The notes: generated by a model not told the origin, from the letters alone. DNA of 63,471 nt, filler included, from Vannella sp. (GCA_023345925.1; 9 parts of 9 records of this genome joined end to end with filler, not necessarily neighbours in it); one strand, 5' to 3'; counted from the whole stretch's first letter, positions 34,613 through 45,519 are shown. A program made the numbers and translations.

Positions 34613-37113
34613 ATGAGCGGCGCTGTTTTGGAAGCGTTTGCGGCGGACAGTGTTCTGGCGCCCTTTTTGGAGGCTACTTTTGACTCTCGGGAGTTCACTT
34701 CGCAGTCTTTGGATCACCAGGATACGGCGGAGAAGGTTGTTAAGCTGCAGGAAGGTGTCGCCCGTCTTCAAGACGAAATCAACACGCAGGTTCGTTCCCT
34801 CCTTCCCTCTGTCGGCCTACTAACACTTCTTAGGTTGTAGCACACAGTAGTGAGCTCTTGAACCAAGTAGACCTCATCAAGGACCTCGAATCCATGCTTG
34901 GACACGTCCGGAAGGGCGTCGGACACCTGGAAAGCTCCGTAGATCAGTATGATGAAGCCTGCCTTCTACCTTCGCGCTCTCACACCTCTCTAAAGGATCA
35001 AGAAGGAGCTAGACCGCCCCTATCACCGCATGCGAGACACTTTGACGGACTTGGAGCGCATTCAGAGGAGCTTGGACATCATGCGCAAGGCCAAGTACTT
35101 CCATGACCTCTCTGCTTCACTCAAACGTCACGTGGGACTTGAGGACGTCCCCCAGAGCGAGATCACGCGAAGAACAACCTTGCCCAGTCTCCGCGAGCTC
35201 CCAACAGCTGCTCTGGACCTGTACAAGCTTGAGCTTGTGGCTAGAGACCCCGATTTGAAGGGCATAGACTATGTGGAGCAGGAGAATGAGTGGGTACATC
35301 GATTGCGCCAGGAAGTCCACAGTAAGGCCACTCAGATGCTTGCGCGGGGTCTGGAGACGCAGAATCAAGTAGAAGTGGCCAATGCACTTCAAGTGTTCAC
35401 CAATCTACGTGCTTTGGATGCTACAGTGAAGCAGACGATCGCTAACATTGAAGAGAAGCTTCTCTCTTCCATTCGAGGAGTCCTCGACTTCTCTGCTCTC
35501 CGTACGTGCCACTGGAGGATGCACAAGAGCGTTCTTTAACATCACACAGAGAACTCTCAGGGATCACAGCAGGGAGTGGAGTGGAAGGCTGTTCTATGGA
35601 CGAGAATGGAAAAGCTTGTCGACGTTTTGTACCAATGCAGCGTCCAAGTGTGGCATTTGCAGCGAGTCATTGGGGTTCATGGGTTCTCCCTGAGTCCTGA
35701 GATTAGTGTGAACCGAAGCAGCATTACCAAGTCCTTCTGGCAACGGTTCGCATCCACATTGGAGGATCAATTCACTCAGGCTTCTTCGGGATCCACCTTT
35801 ATCGAAGGAACGTTCGTACACGAGTACTCTCGCCTGGCACATATCTTTAGCGAGTTTGTGAAAAGGCTTCAAAGCAATCACGAAGTCACTCAGGAGAATC
35901 CTTCGGGATTGTAAGTTCGCTACCCTCTCTGTTCCTTTGGCTCTTGCTCAATTAGATGTCATATAGAGTTGAAGAGTCAAAGGTTCTCATGCGAGCACTC
36001 CAGCGATTTGAAAAGGCCTACATTCAGAGTTTATTGGACCGAATTCAAGAGCCACTGCGAAGGGCACTTTCTGGGCGCTCAAATCAGATGGCTGAAGAGA
36101 TGGGATTGGTCTGTAAGCACGTATCTATGCAGATTGATGTTGCAAGGAACAATCCTTTGCTTGTGACAGCCACTATTGACTGCTTGACCCAAGTGATTGA
36201 TTTGTTCTGCAGCCAGATGCAAGAGAAACAGGTCAAAACAGAAGAGGCCTATCACGTTTTAGAGAAGGCCAATTCTGGCCAGCTCCAGAACGGGCTTCTC
36301 TTTAACGCAGCGTTCCGTCTTTACGACACTTTGGCCACTTTGAGTCGAAAGGCTCCCGCTAAGTTACAGGATCAACTCCAAGGACTTGTAGCGAAACTAT
36401 ACGGCGCTTGCACTTGTGTTCTTGATCCCCAGTTCCAAAAACAAACGATTCTAGTCGAACGCATCCTACTAACCCTCCACAATACGGATTACTCCACCAC
36501 TTCCGCTGCTCCTGGGGAGAGAGAAGCCTCTCGATTCTTGCAGATCCTTCGCAAGCAAGTGCAATCTTTTTGTACCGTTATCCTGCCTCTTTACACTCCC
36601 TGTGCCTTGATTGATGAGAGATCTATTTCACTGGCCCAGCGTATCTTCCAGTACTTTGTCCGCCAGGCAGCTCTCATTCGCCCTCTCTCAGACTCAGGTA
36701 AAATGAGACTAGCAGGAGATATGGCGCAGCTTGAATCAGCAGTAACGCCTCTCGTCATCCCCAAGAATGTCGGGGAATCCTACCACCAACTGCGTTCCTT
36801 CAAATCCTTCATCTTCCTCGAAGCCAGTGGCATCCCAGAGTCGCTAGAGATCACCAAATTGCTCCCTGTAGATGTCCTGCACCATCTACTAACCCGAGGA
36901 AGCCGAGAAATCAAGTCCCCTCACGAACACCTCGGATGGACTTTGGCCAAATACTCGGCCTGGTTGGACACCGCTGCACCCTCACAAGTGTACCCTGTCT
37001 TACAGAAGTGTCTGAATAACTATGCACAGCAAATAGACCAGCGAGGAGAGAAGGAGTACGATCCAGTCTATCCCCTCATTCTCTCCCTCCTCTCTCGCTT
37101 CGGAGGGGTTTGA
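34613..37113 (+). CDS. COG5: Conserved oligomeric Golgi complex subunit 5
   Basis: GLETQNQVEVANALQVFTNL, LWTRMEKL, LIRPLSDSGKMRLAGDMAQLE and SPHEHLGW motifs; about 4 introns. Confidence 0.88.
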
Positions 37114-37182
37114 AGCCAATAGAAGTCACTTATCCCTTGTTATAGATGAGAAGAGCTCTGTTCTGAACCATTCTTTGGAGGA

Positions 37183-38025
37183 ATGGAGGAGGGAACGGGG
37201 ATGCGCAATCGGGTCCCCTCGGAAGGGAAAGAAGAGCCTGATGGCCCTTCTACCTTGGGTGAACGTCGCATTGTACATCGCAAGAGCTCTCTGCTGAGTG
37301 TGGATGTCGCGTTCAAGGTGTTGGTGCTCCTTTGGCTCGTTGTCCTCTCGTACTTTGTGTTTTCGGGCTACAAAGTGAACGCACCTGAGCTAGCCTTCTC
37401 ACATGCAGTACCTAGTGAAGTTATACGGCCAATGACTCCGTTATCAAGTCGTTCTGCGAGTCCTTCGTCCTCTTCCATTCCCATACCGCCTCCCATCCCT
37501 CGCAGGATGTTCCTGTTGCCCTCAGACTCTGATGGAACAGTCTTACGAAGGTTCCTCCTCCAGAAGTTCCCTCTCTACACCATAGACATCCTCAAACCAG
37601 GAGCTGGACGAAGTTTTGAGACGTTGAACGGCACACGCGTCTCCAGCGATGTCCTTCAACAAGGAGTGACCTTCTTTGTGTACTCTGTGACTACTAGGAA
37701 GCTCTCTGGCATGTGGGACGCTCCATTGTACACGAGAATCTTCGAAGAGACAAAAGGGAACTGCGTATGGGTGTCCATCATGATTGCCAGAGCCTCTCAG
37801 GTTCCCGAGAGACCTCTAAGTCCACAAGAAGATGAGTTTCCAGGGTCAGGAGTCAATCTGCTGCCTGCAGACTCGAAGAATCGATTGGAAAAGGTTCTCC
37901 AGTTCCACATGCAAGGCCCCAACGTCTTCCACGAGGATGCTCACAACGTGGTCAACTTAGAGAAGCTCGAGAAGCTCCTTGTCAGCAAGAACCAGCAACT
38001 TATGACGGCGCGTCTCCCTGCTTAA
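37183..38025 (+). CDS. Orphan type II membrane protein (280 aa)
   Basis: Long ORF with a single TM segment (VLVLLWLVVLSYFVF), Ser/Pro stem and globular C-terminus. Confidence 0.6.
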   Translation: MEEGTGMRNRVPSEGKEEPDGPSTLGERRIVHRKSSLLSVDVAFKVLVLLWLVVLSYFVFSGYKVNAPELAFSHAVPSEVIRPMTPLSSRSASPSSSSIPIPPPIPRRMFLLPSDSDGTVLRRFLLQKFPLYTIDILKPGAGRSFETLNGTRVSSDVLQQGVTFFVYSVTTRKLSGMWDAPLYTRIFEETKGNCVWVSIMIARASQVPERPLSPQEDEFPGSGVNLLPADSKNRLEKVLQFHMQGPNVFHEDAHNVVNLEKLEKLLVSKNQQLMTARLPA

Positions 38026-38120
38026 GAAGGAATTTGGATTTCCTGTCACTCAGGATCGCTCTGTTGTTGGAAGGGGAGGTTAATTGAATGAAGAACGATG
38101 TTTAATGCTACAACCACGCG

Positions 38121-38522
38121 TCACTGGGTCTTATTCGGCACTTTCTGGGGATCCCGGAGCCACTCATCGAGACTGGCAAGGTTGAAGAAGAGAGACTCCG
38201 CTGTTGGCTGATCCTTCACGGGAATAGAGTAAGATTGGGCATCCGTTGAGACAGTACTGGGCTGGGGAACTGTCGCGAAAGGGGAGGGAGCTTGAGAGGG
38301 GACCGCACAATGCACAGATTCAACCAGCTCTTTGGGAATAGAGTGTGGTGTTCCCATGGGGAAGCTAGTCAACCGGAAGAGGCTGTCTCTTTGATTGTTG
38401 AAGATATCTGGTTCGGTTGGTTGGAAGGCGGGAGTAGACAAGTCCCAGCCAAGACGAGGAGGAGATGACCATTGCGTTGTGTCCTCCGCGACGAACTCCC
38501 AGTCTCTGCTCTCATTCATGGC
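38121..38522 (-). CDS. Hypothetical low-complexity protein
   Basis: ORF starting MAMNESRDW, Pro/Ser-rich; no recognised domain. Confidence 0.3.
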   Translation of the reverse strand, partial: AMNESRDWEFVAEDTTQWSSPPRLGWDLSTPAFQPTEPDIFNNQRDSLFRLTSFPMGTPHSIPKELVESVHCAVPSQAPSPFATVPQPSTVSTDAQSYSIPVKDQPTAESLFFNLASLDEWLRDPQKVPNKTQ

Positions 38523-38626
38523 CATTGAAGAATGCCACGGCAATAACGGAGGGCGAAGAATTCTTCCTATTCAGAGAAGTGACGCCGAGAAGTAACGCCG
38601 AAGGCCCCAATTTCGGTCTTCTTTTG

Positions 38627-39060
38627 TGAAGAATCCTTGAAAGTGAAAGGTCAACGAACGGCGGACGTGGTTGGGTGGTGAATTCTCTCTGAGGTCAATT
38701 TACGGTTGAAAACGTGGTGTTAGCCTATTTCGAGCCCTGAATACGATCACTTGAGATCATTCACGCCCCACTAAACCACATCCGCTGGCCCCGATTCGAT
38801 TTTTGATAGTCCTGTCCTTTACTGGGGCCGTGAGCTCTTTCATTGTTTTCTGTCTGTCGAGGTGCCATCAAGTGCATTCCAGCAACAAGTCATGGAGGTG
38901 TTTTAGTGGGGCGGTGGACTCTCTCACTTCAAATCAGTTCTGGTTGAATTGACGGGTGAATGGTCGCCAGCTTGAGCGGGTGCAGTTATTCCGGACTTTT
39001 ATCGTTCCTGATTTGCTTGCTCTTGTTGAAGGAAAATTGGATTATCCATTCGATTCTTCA
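38627..39060 (+). ncRNA. Candidate long structured RNA (nested fold-back), class unknown
   Basis: Nested complementary pairs, including cgccccactaaa 38764-38775 with tttagtggggcg 38902-38913, gtcaattta with tgaattgac, tggtga with tcgcca, and gaacg with cgttc. G-U pairs favour the + strand. Confidence 0.4.
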
Positions 39061-39375
39061 GTGAGCTCTTGGGAACTCGTCAGACTAGATTCTCTCTTCT
39101 CCAAGACAGTCATAAAGAAGGTAGAGATCGTCTTTTTGATGAGAAGCCAGAGGTGGGTTGCCTTTTTGCTCAAATTCGCTCTGAATGTGACCAGAAGGAC
39201 AAGAAGCCCGACTGAAACAAGAGATGCCATAATCCTGAACATTACCTGAGCGCCATAATGCTCATATACGTATCCTCCGACGAGGCTCCCTGTAAATGGT
39301 CCCAATCCGCCGTAGAGCCCATTGAAGATGCCCTGTCCCGTCGCAGATAGATGAGGAGGGAACATATTGCTGGAG
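39042..39375 (-). CDS. MFS transporter (MFSD6-like), C-terminal fragment
   Basis: ATGQGIFNGLYGGLGPFTGSLVGGYVYEHYGAQVMFR. Confidence 0.75.
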
Positions 39376-39475
39376 NNNNNNNNNNNNNNNNNNNNNNNNN
39401 NNNNNNNNNNNNNNNNNNNTTAATTAATTAANNNNNNNNNNNNNNNNNNNNNNNNNNNNNNNNNNNNNNNNNNNN

Positions 39476-40156
39476 GGTGCAAGTGTGACTATGAAACAAC
39501 TGAAGACGACTCCCGAGCCTACGGCTTGTTGCTCGACACGGAGAGGTCCGAGTTGTTCATGGTCTTCTCCCAAACTGGAACCCAGCGTACGTTTGCCCTC
39601 TCCCCCTCTGCCCTGTGACTGACGCCTTCTAGCTGGACCTAACTTTAGTCGCTTCACTGCTCAGGGATGGACCAATGGCTATGGACAAGGAGGAGGCCCC
39701 AAAGTTGCGGTCATCTTGCGAGGATCTTCCATTACTGGAGTAGCAGTGGAGGGAACCTACATCAGATCAAACAACAATGGCAACGCCAACTCAGTGGGTG
39801 TGAAGGACCTGCGAGCGGTAGAAGACCCGGCTGATCCCACCTCGTACCGTGTTCGAGTCCTTTCGGATGGATTCTTCGTGCCTGTGAACGTGGATCGCAC
39901 TCGAATGACCTGCACTGGCTCGAGCCCTTATGCTTGGGAATTGGTGCTCTCTCGTAGCCTCTCTACTGCCTTCTCGTCTTGCGCTGCTGGTTGCACGGAG
40001 TCTGGCGGTGAGTGTGATCCTCAGAACCGTCCTGTTCCTTCGCCTAGCCCAGCTAATCTGCCTGCATCTCCTCAGCCTAGCGCTTCAAGCTCTCTCTCGG
40101 TGTCCGCTGCTGTCACTACCACTACCTCGTCATCCTGGTTGCTCGCAGACTGCTGA
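39476..40156 (+). CDS. Fragment of an extracellular protein (1 intron) ending in a Ser/Thr/Pro linker
   Basis: Spliced reading CKCDYETTEDDSRAYGLLL..FSQTGTQPGPNFSRFTAQGWTNGYGQGGGPKVAVIL; canonical intron gtacgt...ctgac...tag at about 39586-39631. Confidence 0.65.
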
Positions 40157-40326
40157 AGATATCCAGCATAGTACGTAGCTCCAGCAAAGGATACGTTCAC
40201 ATGCTTAGAGAGAGCAGCCTCTGTCGAGCTACAGGACATCGCCAAACCACTTCCCACCCAAGACACGAACACTCCCGATACCACAGCCACTAGCACGCAC
40301 AGAACGGCGCAGTACCCAGCTCTCAT
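40072..40326 (-). CDS. N-terminal fragment with signal peptide, probably the 5' end of the 39476-40156 gene in inverted orientation
   Basis: MRAGYCAVLCVLVAVVSG signal peptide, then TYYAGYLQQSASNQD, then runs into the antisense of the Ser/Thr linker. Confidence 0.45.
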   Translation of the reverse strand: MRAGYCAVLCVLVAVVSGVFVSWVGSGLAMSCSSTEAALSKHVNVSFAGATYYAGYLQQSASNQDDEVVVVTAADTERELEALG

Positions 40327-40484
40327 CAAGAACCACTCAAAAAGTGTTCGAGAGAGACAACACGAGACCTGCAAAGTCTCATTCTTTCCAACAAAACGGA
40401 CCAATGAGATCACCTTGCGATCATCTCGATCATCTCGATTTGGTTCTGGGAAAGAATCGGAATTGACACAGGACAAGATCGGTT

Positions 40485-41450
40485 CTATGATGGTATGAGG
40501 ATGGGAGGTGCGTCTTGGGGAGGAGCACGAGGAAGAGGGGCGGGGTCGAGGGACTTTCCAATCTCCTTATAAATGCGGCCTTCCCGGAAGGCTTCGTAGA
40601 TCATTACGCGCAAAGCAGACGAGCCTTTGCCTGCCAAGTGTACGAGAAAGTCTCCTTTCATGTAGACACCGGTCCACTTGCCTCGCGTGTACGGGTAAGA
40701 GTTGAAGGCGCATTGGGGCAGTACTTTCATGTGTTCCTCACGTCCCACTGCCCTCTCGGCATCTGAACCAGGGAACTCTTCTTCATCCTTACGTCCCATC
40801 AAGAACTTGAGCGTGTCCTGGTCGCCAGACTTGCCTGGGAGAGTAGGGTCCACCACAAAGGTTTCCCCGCGCTCGTACCACTCTTGGAGGAAGCTGTGCA
40901 TCCAAGGTGTGTTCTTGATGAGCCAAACACCTGCGTTTAAGCCTCTGTGGTCCTCAGTAATCACTAAATCGTACCGATCATCGATGAACGTGGTGAGGGG
41001 AACCTCGTGCTCCATGATCATCGTGTCTGTGTCAACGTAAAGAAGCCAGTCTACTTCTGATAGGTGACGCATAGCCATGAGGATCTTATACCATGAGGGC
41101 TTGCGCGTGGGGTCGAGCTTTTCATGATTAACCCAAAAAGCATATCCATGACGCTCTGCGTACAGCCGCTTGTCTTCTTCTGCTAGGCGTCCAAGCTGTG
41201 CGTAGTGGTCTGTTTCATACGACATGATGATACCAATACGTGGATCTGGCGAAGTTAACATGTTCTCGGGAATACAACGACGCGTCCATTGACAGTTCCG
41301 CACCACCACGTAGTACAGCGGATCTCGAAGCACAAGATACAACAATATGACAGCAACTACTCCACTTACAATCCACAGACCCCGCCAAGCTCTCTCTTGC
41401 CGCCATCTCTTCATCCACCCAGACCTCATGTACCTCGGCTCCCCGTACAT
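40485..41450 (-). CDS. Glycosyltransferase family 34 (GMA12/MNN10-like)
   Basis: N-terminal TM; YAERHGY, SWYKI, WLLYVDTDT (DxD), GLNAGVWLIKN, DQD and GDFLVHLAG motifs. Confidence 0.88.
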   Translation of the reverse strand: MYGEPRYMRSGWMKRWRQERAWRGLWIVSGVVAVILLYLVLRDPLYYVVVRNCQWTRRCIPENMLTSPDPRIGIIMSYETDHYAQLGRLAEEDKRLYAERHGYAFWVNHEKLDPTRKPSWYKILMAMRHLSEVDWLLYVDTDTMIMEHEVPLTTFIDDRYDLVITEDHRGLNAGVWLIKNTPWMHSFLQEWYERGETFVVDPTLPGKSGDQDTLKFLMGRKDEEEFPGSDAERAVGREEHMKVLPQCAFNSYPYTRGKWTGVYMKGDFLVHLAGKGSSALRVMIYEAFREGRIYKEIGKSLDPAPLPRAPPQDAPPILIPS

Positions 41451-41533
41451 CCCAAAAAGGAGTACATAAAATGACAACTAACGTGGTAATCATCAGGGGT
41501 GGTTATAGCTTGGTGATAAGAAGCCGTAACTTG

Positions 41534-41628
41534 AGAAAATCCACGAGCCAAGGGGAAGAGGGTTCCAAAACGCGTGTTTGCACAGAGTGTCCTGATGACT
41601 TCCATCTCTTCAGGATAAGATTTTGGCC
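41534..41628. repeat. Dispersed repeat B, copy 1
   Basis: agaaaatccacgagc plus a 40-nt core gtcctgatgacttccatctcttcaggataagattttggcc; the core is 36/40 identical to the copy at 60657-60735. Confidence 0.8.
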
Positions 41629-41891
41629 CGATTTCATTTTTTCACTTTTGGTGAAATGCCCTCGCCGCTCGTGACTTTTCTCATTGAGGAATCAGGTTAA
41701 CTCAATGACCGTAAAAGTCCGACCGTTTTGCTTAAAAAAATTAACAAAGAAGAAAATCAAATAAGTTGATACCACCCAGCGAAAGTCCCATAATCCCGAG
41801 GATATTTTCCTCAGCCAATGGTGTGCCTACAAGAACTTTCAATCATTCTTTCTCGTCGTATCCCTTCTGCAACACCAACACCTCCCTGCGA

Positions 41892-43894
41892 ATGAGCGCC
41901 AACTTCTTTCCTTTTGGGACTCCCCTAGCTGAAATACCCTTAGGTACCATCAACGAAACTGAGGTACCCAAATACTCCGGGGAGCATGATTCTTGTCTCC
42001 CTGCTCTCTTCACTAGTGACCCCCTTATCTCAAGCTCTCACAGTTCTACTACGGTAAGTCTGGCTTTTAGTTGATTTTTTTTTTTCGTTTCTCCTGTTCG
42101 TGCATGCGCGCATGTGAGAGCTTTCTTGAAGAATGGTTGTTGTCGCCCTGTGCGTCTTCGTTCATTTTAAAGACAAGCCGAAATATTATATTTTAATTAA
42201 TACAAATTGCACTGATTGTCTGACACCGCCCCTGTGTAGACCTCCCCACCTCCCGCGCTGAATGCTACTTTCCCCTCGGTGAGTGATCTACTGAACACAT
42301 TACGCACCACCTAACGACTTTGCAGAACCTGAAAATGAAAGACGCCTCGGTTGTTGTTGAAAGGCTCCCCTCCTTTAGTAACCCACCCGCTCTCCAACCT
42401 ACCCGCTCTGCTCAAAGTGACCCAGAGGAAATAGATCAACTCGTTGCCAGTATGAAGAGTGCCACGGACCTTGAGGAAAGGATCCACCTCATCGACCTTC
42501 TTCTCAGTTCGCAAGCTCAACTGACCAGACAGAAGTAGGTCCTCCTGGGCCAATCTGCCCTCATCTCACCAATGTTTAGATTCGTGGAGGCTAAAGGATT
42601 GGGAGTATGTGATCAGTGGCTCAAGTATGAGAGCACTCGCCTTAGCCTACGTGTGATCCACCTTCTCTCCAACCTTCCCATTCAAACAAGTACCCTCCTG
42701 GAGGATGGTAACATTGGAAAGACCATTAAGAAACTGGCATCTTCCCTTGATCCTTCATTGAAGACCGCAGCCAAACGACTCTTTACTTCTTGGAGAAACC
42801 TTGTGCAAGAGGGGACGAAGGCCCCAACTCAAGAGGGGACGAAGGCCCCAACTCAACCAAAGAGAGAACTTGAGAACAAAGAACCAGAGCCCGTTGCTAA
42901 GAGACCTAAACTGGTGGTAGCGGCTTCAACCGCATTTAAAACATCTGATACAATGTCGCGGTCAAACTTCGTCGTCAAGAAGAAAGCCGTGGGAGTGCCG
43001 CCAGTCACTAAAGTGGAAAAGAGTACGCCCAAACCAATGGCTTCTGCCACACCGAGAAGACCTTCTCCTCCGCGCTTGAACGTTCAGCCTGTCGAGCGTG
43101 CAACTCCCGTCGTTTCCTCCTCCGCCCCCCGTGTTCCCCTGTCACGTTCCACCGACTCTGGTTTCCCCCTCATCTCCTGCATCCCTGACTTGCAGAATAG
43201 GAAACCTAAACGATCGATCTCGTGGGCCCCTTCTGAGCGTTTGGTGGAAGTCAAACAGTTCCCTCGTGACAAGACCCTTGGCAACAACCCCAATCATCGT
43301 CTCATCCAAGCGAACCAAAGACTCAAGGTTGCAGGCGCCTTGCCGACTGAAATGACGGCAGCTATCCCCTGGAAGTCTCCGGTCGCTCTCCCCCTTGGGA
43401 TCAAGCATGGAGCCAAAAGCATCCAGGCGCCAATACAGCAAGAAAGAGAGAGGCTAATGCGAGTGTTCTATCCAGATGTTCGACACATCCCCCTAAATCC
43501 TTCCTTTGCGGATGACCCACAACGCGGCCTTGTCACAGGACATGTGGTACCTATCATTCCTGCACAAGCTAAGGCTCAAGTCCAAGCCACTCATTCAACG
43601 GTTCCCTCTCACGTAAGTACTGCAGGTTGGGGGTCAGATCCGAATCAGTTCGCACAATTGAGAGATGCTCTTGCAAGAACTTCTTATGCTCCGCCTCCCA
43701 TGGCAGGTGTTGAACACTTGGCTCAAATGTTACGGGCAGTCCAGCCCCAAGCTCAGTTCCCATATGCAAGCCCAGCAATGCCCACTTCCTGGCTTCCTCC
43801 ACAACACCGTCCTAACCCACAATATCCTCCACCACACAACTACGGGTCCAATCCCTTTCCACAGGCTCCAAACCGGTACAGCCGCAATCTATAA
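41892..43894 (+). CDS. PNUTS/PPP1R10-like protein (TFIIS N-terminal domain and PP1-binding motif), 3 introns
   Basis: LLSNLPI...GNIGKTIKKL...AAKRLFTSW (TFIIS-N domain); KRSISWAPSERLVEVKQF (RVxW-type PP1 motif); IQQERE...P.NP. Exons join in frame across introns 42054-42239 and 42279-42325 and a third intron. Confidence 0.72.
42806..42856 (+). repeat. Perfect 24-nt in-frame tandem duplication (QEGTKAPT x2)
   Basis: caagaggggacgaaggccccaact occurs twice in tandem. Confidence 0.9.
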
Positions 43895-43938
43895 AACATG
43901 TTCTTAGGAAAGTGCTTTCTTTTTAGTCCATTCTCTGC

Positions 43939-44436
43939 TTAGGCGGAGGGAACCTCGAAGTCTCCGCTGCGGATCTCCTCGGTGATCTCCTCAGGGGCGC
44001 GACCATCAACGGTGCAGCCAACACTGCGGCAAGTTCCGAGAATCTCGCAAACAGTTCCGGAGAACTCACGAGCCAAACTGCGGTCGCGCATTGTGCGGGC
44101 AATCTCGTAGACATCATCGATAGTGATGTTTCCGTCGTGGCGGATGTTCTTGACCTTCTTCTTGTCTCGGTAGGGCTCCTTGAGAGCCTTGATGATCAAG
44201 GAAGCAGCTGAAGGAACAACAGCGACGGTAGCTTGACGGTTCTGGATGGTGAGTCGGACGGTGACCTTGAGACCCTTGTAGGCTTGGGTGTCCTTGGCAA
44301 TATCTTCTCCGATCTTCTTGGGGTTGAGACCAAGAGGACCGAGCTTGGGGGCAAGCGCGGAAGAGTTACCAACTTCTCCTCCGGTTACACGGAGAACAAG
44401 GTAAGAGACGGCTCCAGGATCTGACTTTGGTGGCAT
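43939..44436 (-). CDS. RPL12: 60S ribosomal protein L12 (uL11)
   Basis: MPPKSDP...[48 protein letters not shown] and [15 protein letters not shown]. Confidence 0.98.
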   Translation of the reverse strand: MPPKSDPGAVSYLVLRVTGGEVGNSSALAPKLGPLGLNPKKIGEDIAKDTQAYKGLKVTVRLTIQNRQATVAVVPSAASLIIKALKEPYRDKKKVKNIRHDGNITIDDVYEIARTMRDRSLAREFSGTVCEILGTCRSVGCTVDGRAPEEITEEIRSGDFEVPSA

Positions 44437-44850
44437 ATTGGTTCTTTGCTGTGGTGTTGGATGATAGGGTAACTAACGACCAAGGAAGATGCACCGACAG
44501 CAAGGCAATGCAAAAAGAAACATTGGAAACGAAACTTTCGTTTTTGAATGTTTTTTTTCGCTCGTGAAACTTTGGATTGATTTCTTTCGTCAGCGAAGGT
44601 GAGTGACGCGTGAGGACCACCCAAAGATTAGAACATGTCTCTGTAAAATAATGATGACTTTCAAAATAAGACTACGACTGTATGAGGATTGGTGGTCCTC
44701 TCAACTACCCTCCCTTCCTTCGTTTCTAACTTTCCGTTCTTTTTCTCATAGGATCGATCCCGTTTCACAAATTCCTGCAATCCTCTCCATCAATTTGAAA
44801 TAAAACAAAAATAGAGTATTCTCTCGTCATCATTTCATCTCCTGTTGGGC

Positions 44851-45519
44851 ATGTCCGACACCGAGAACGGTGCGCCCCGCCGCAACTCACGAATGATCTG
44901 CTAACATAAGATCACAGTTGATGTGGTGGATCAAGAATCTGGCGTAGCTGGAACCACAGAACAGGTTGAGGAAGTTGCAGCCACCGAAGTTGCAGCTGAG
45001 GTTGTGCCCTCGGACCCCGAGCCAACCGACGAGTCTGCAGTAGAATCTGCAGATGCTGTTGATCACGAGCAAGAAGTAGCCTCCTCTTCTGCTGATCAAG
45101 ATGACGAGGATGAGGATGAGGACGCCCCAGTGAAGCCCAAGAAAGTTGCTCGTGAGATTGTCGAAGACCTTCGCGAGCACCTGAATATCATCTTCATCGG
45201 ACATGTTGGTAAGAATCTCTTCTCCTAAGGTTCGTTGATCTGACCGGTCAGCACAGATGCTGGCAAGTCTACCATCGCTGGTAACGTCCTGTGAGAGGTT
45301 CCTGGCACTTGCATGGGCGAAATAACTCATCAGAAGGCTAGGTACCTCACTGGTATGGTTGATGAGAGGACAATCCAAAAATACGAGCGAGAGGCGAAGG
45401 AGAAGAAGCACGGCACATGGTTCCTGGCCTTCATTATGGACACTAATGAGGAAGAGCGCGCTAAGGGCAAGACTGTTGAAGTGGGACGTGCGCACTTTTC
45501 ATCTGCTAAGAAGAGGTAC
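44851..45519 (+). CDS. GSPT1: Eukaryotic release factor eRF3 (GSPT/Sup35), 5' part, 3 introns
   Basis: Acidic N-terminus; HLNIIFIGHVDAGKSTIAG, GMVDERTIQKYEREAKE and DTNEEERAKGKTVEVGRAHF. Confidence 0.92.

Noticed and set aside
38627..39060. Assigning the fold-back to SRP, RNase P/MRP, U3 or telomerase RNA
   Set aside because: Diagnostic motifs (SRP helix 8, P4 CR-I/CR-V, boxes B/C, a template of about 1.5 repeats) were not found convincingly.
41589..41628. CTGATGA in repeat B as a hammerhead ribozyme core
   Set aside because: Stems I and II and a correctly placed GAAA could not be built in both copies in any permutation.
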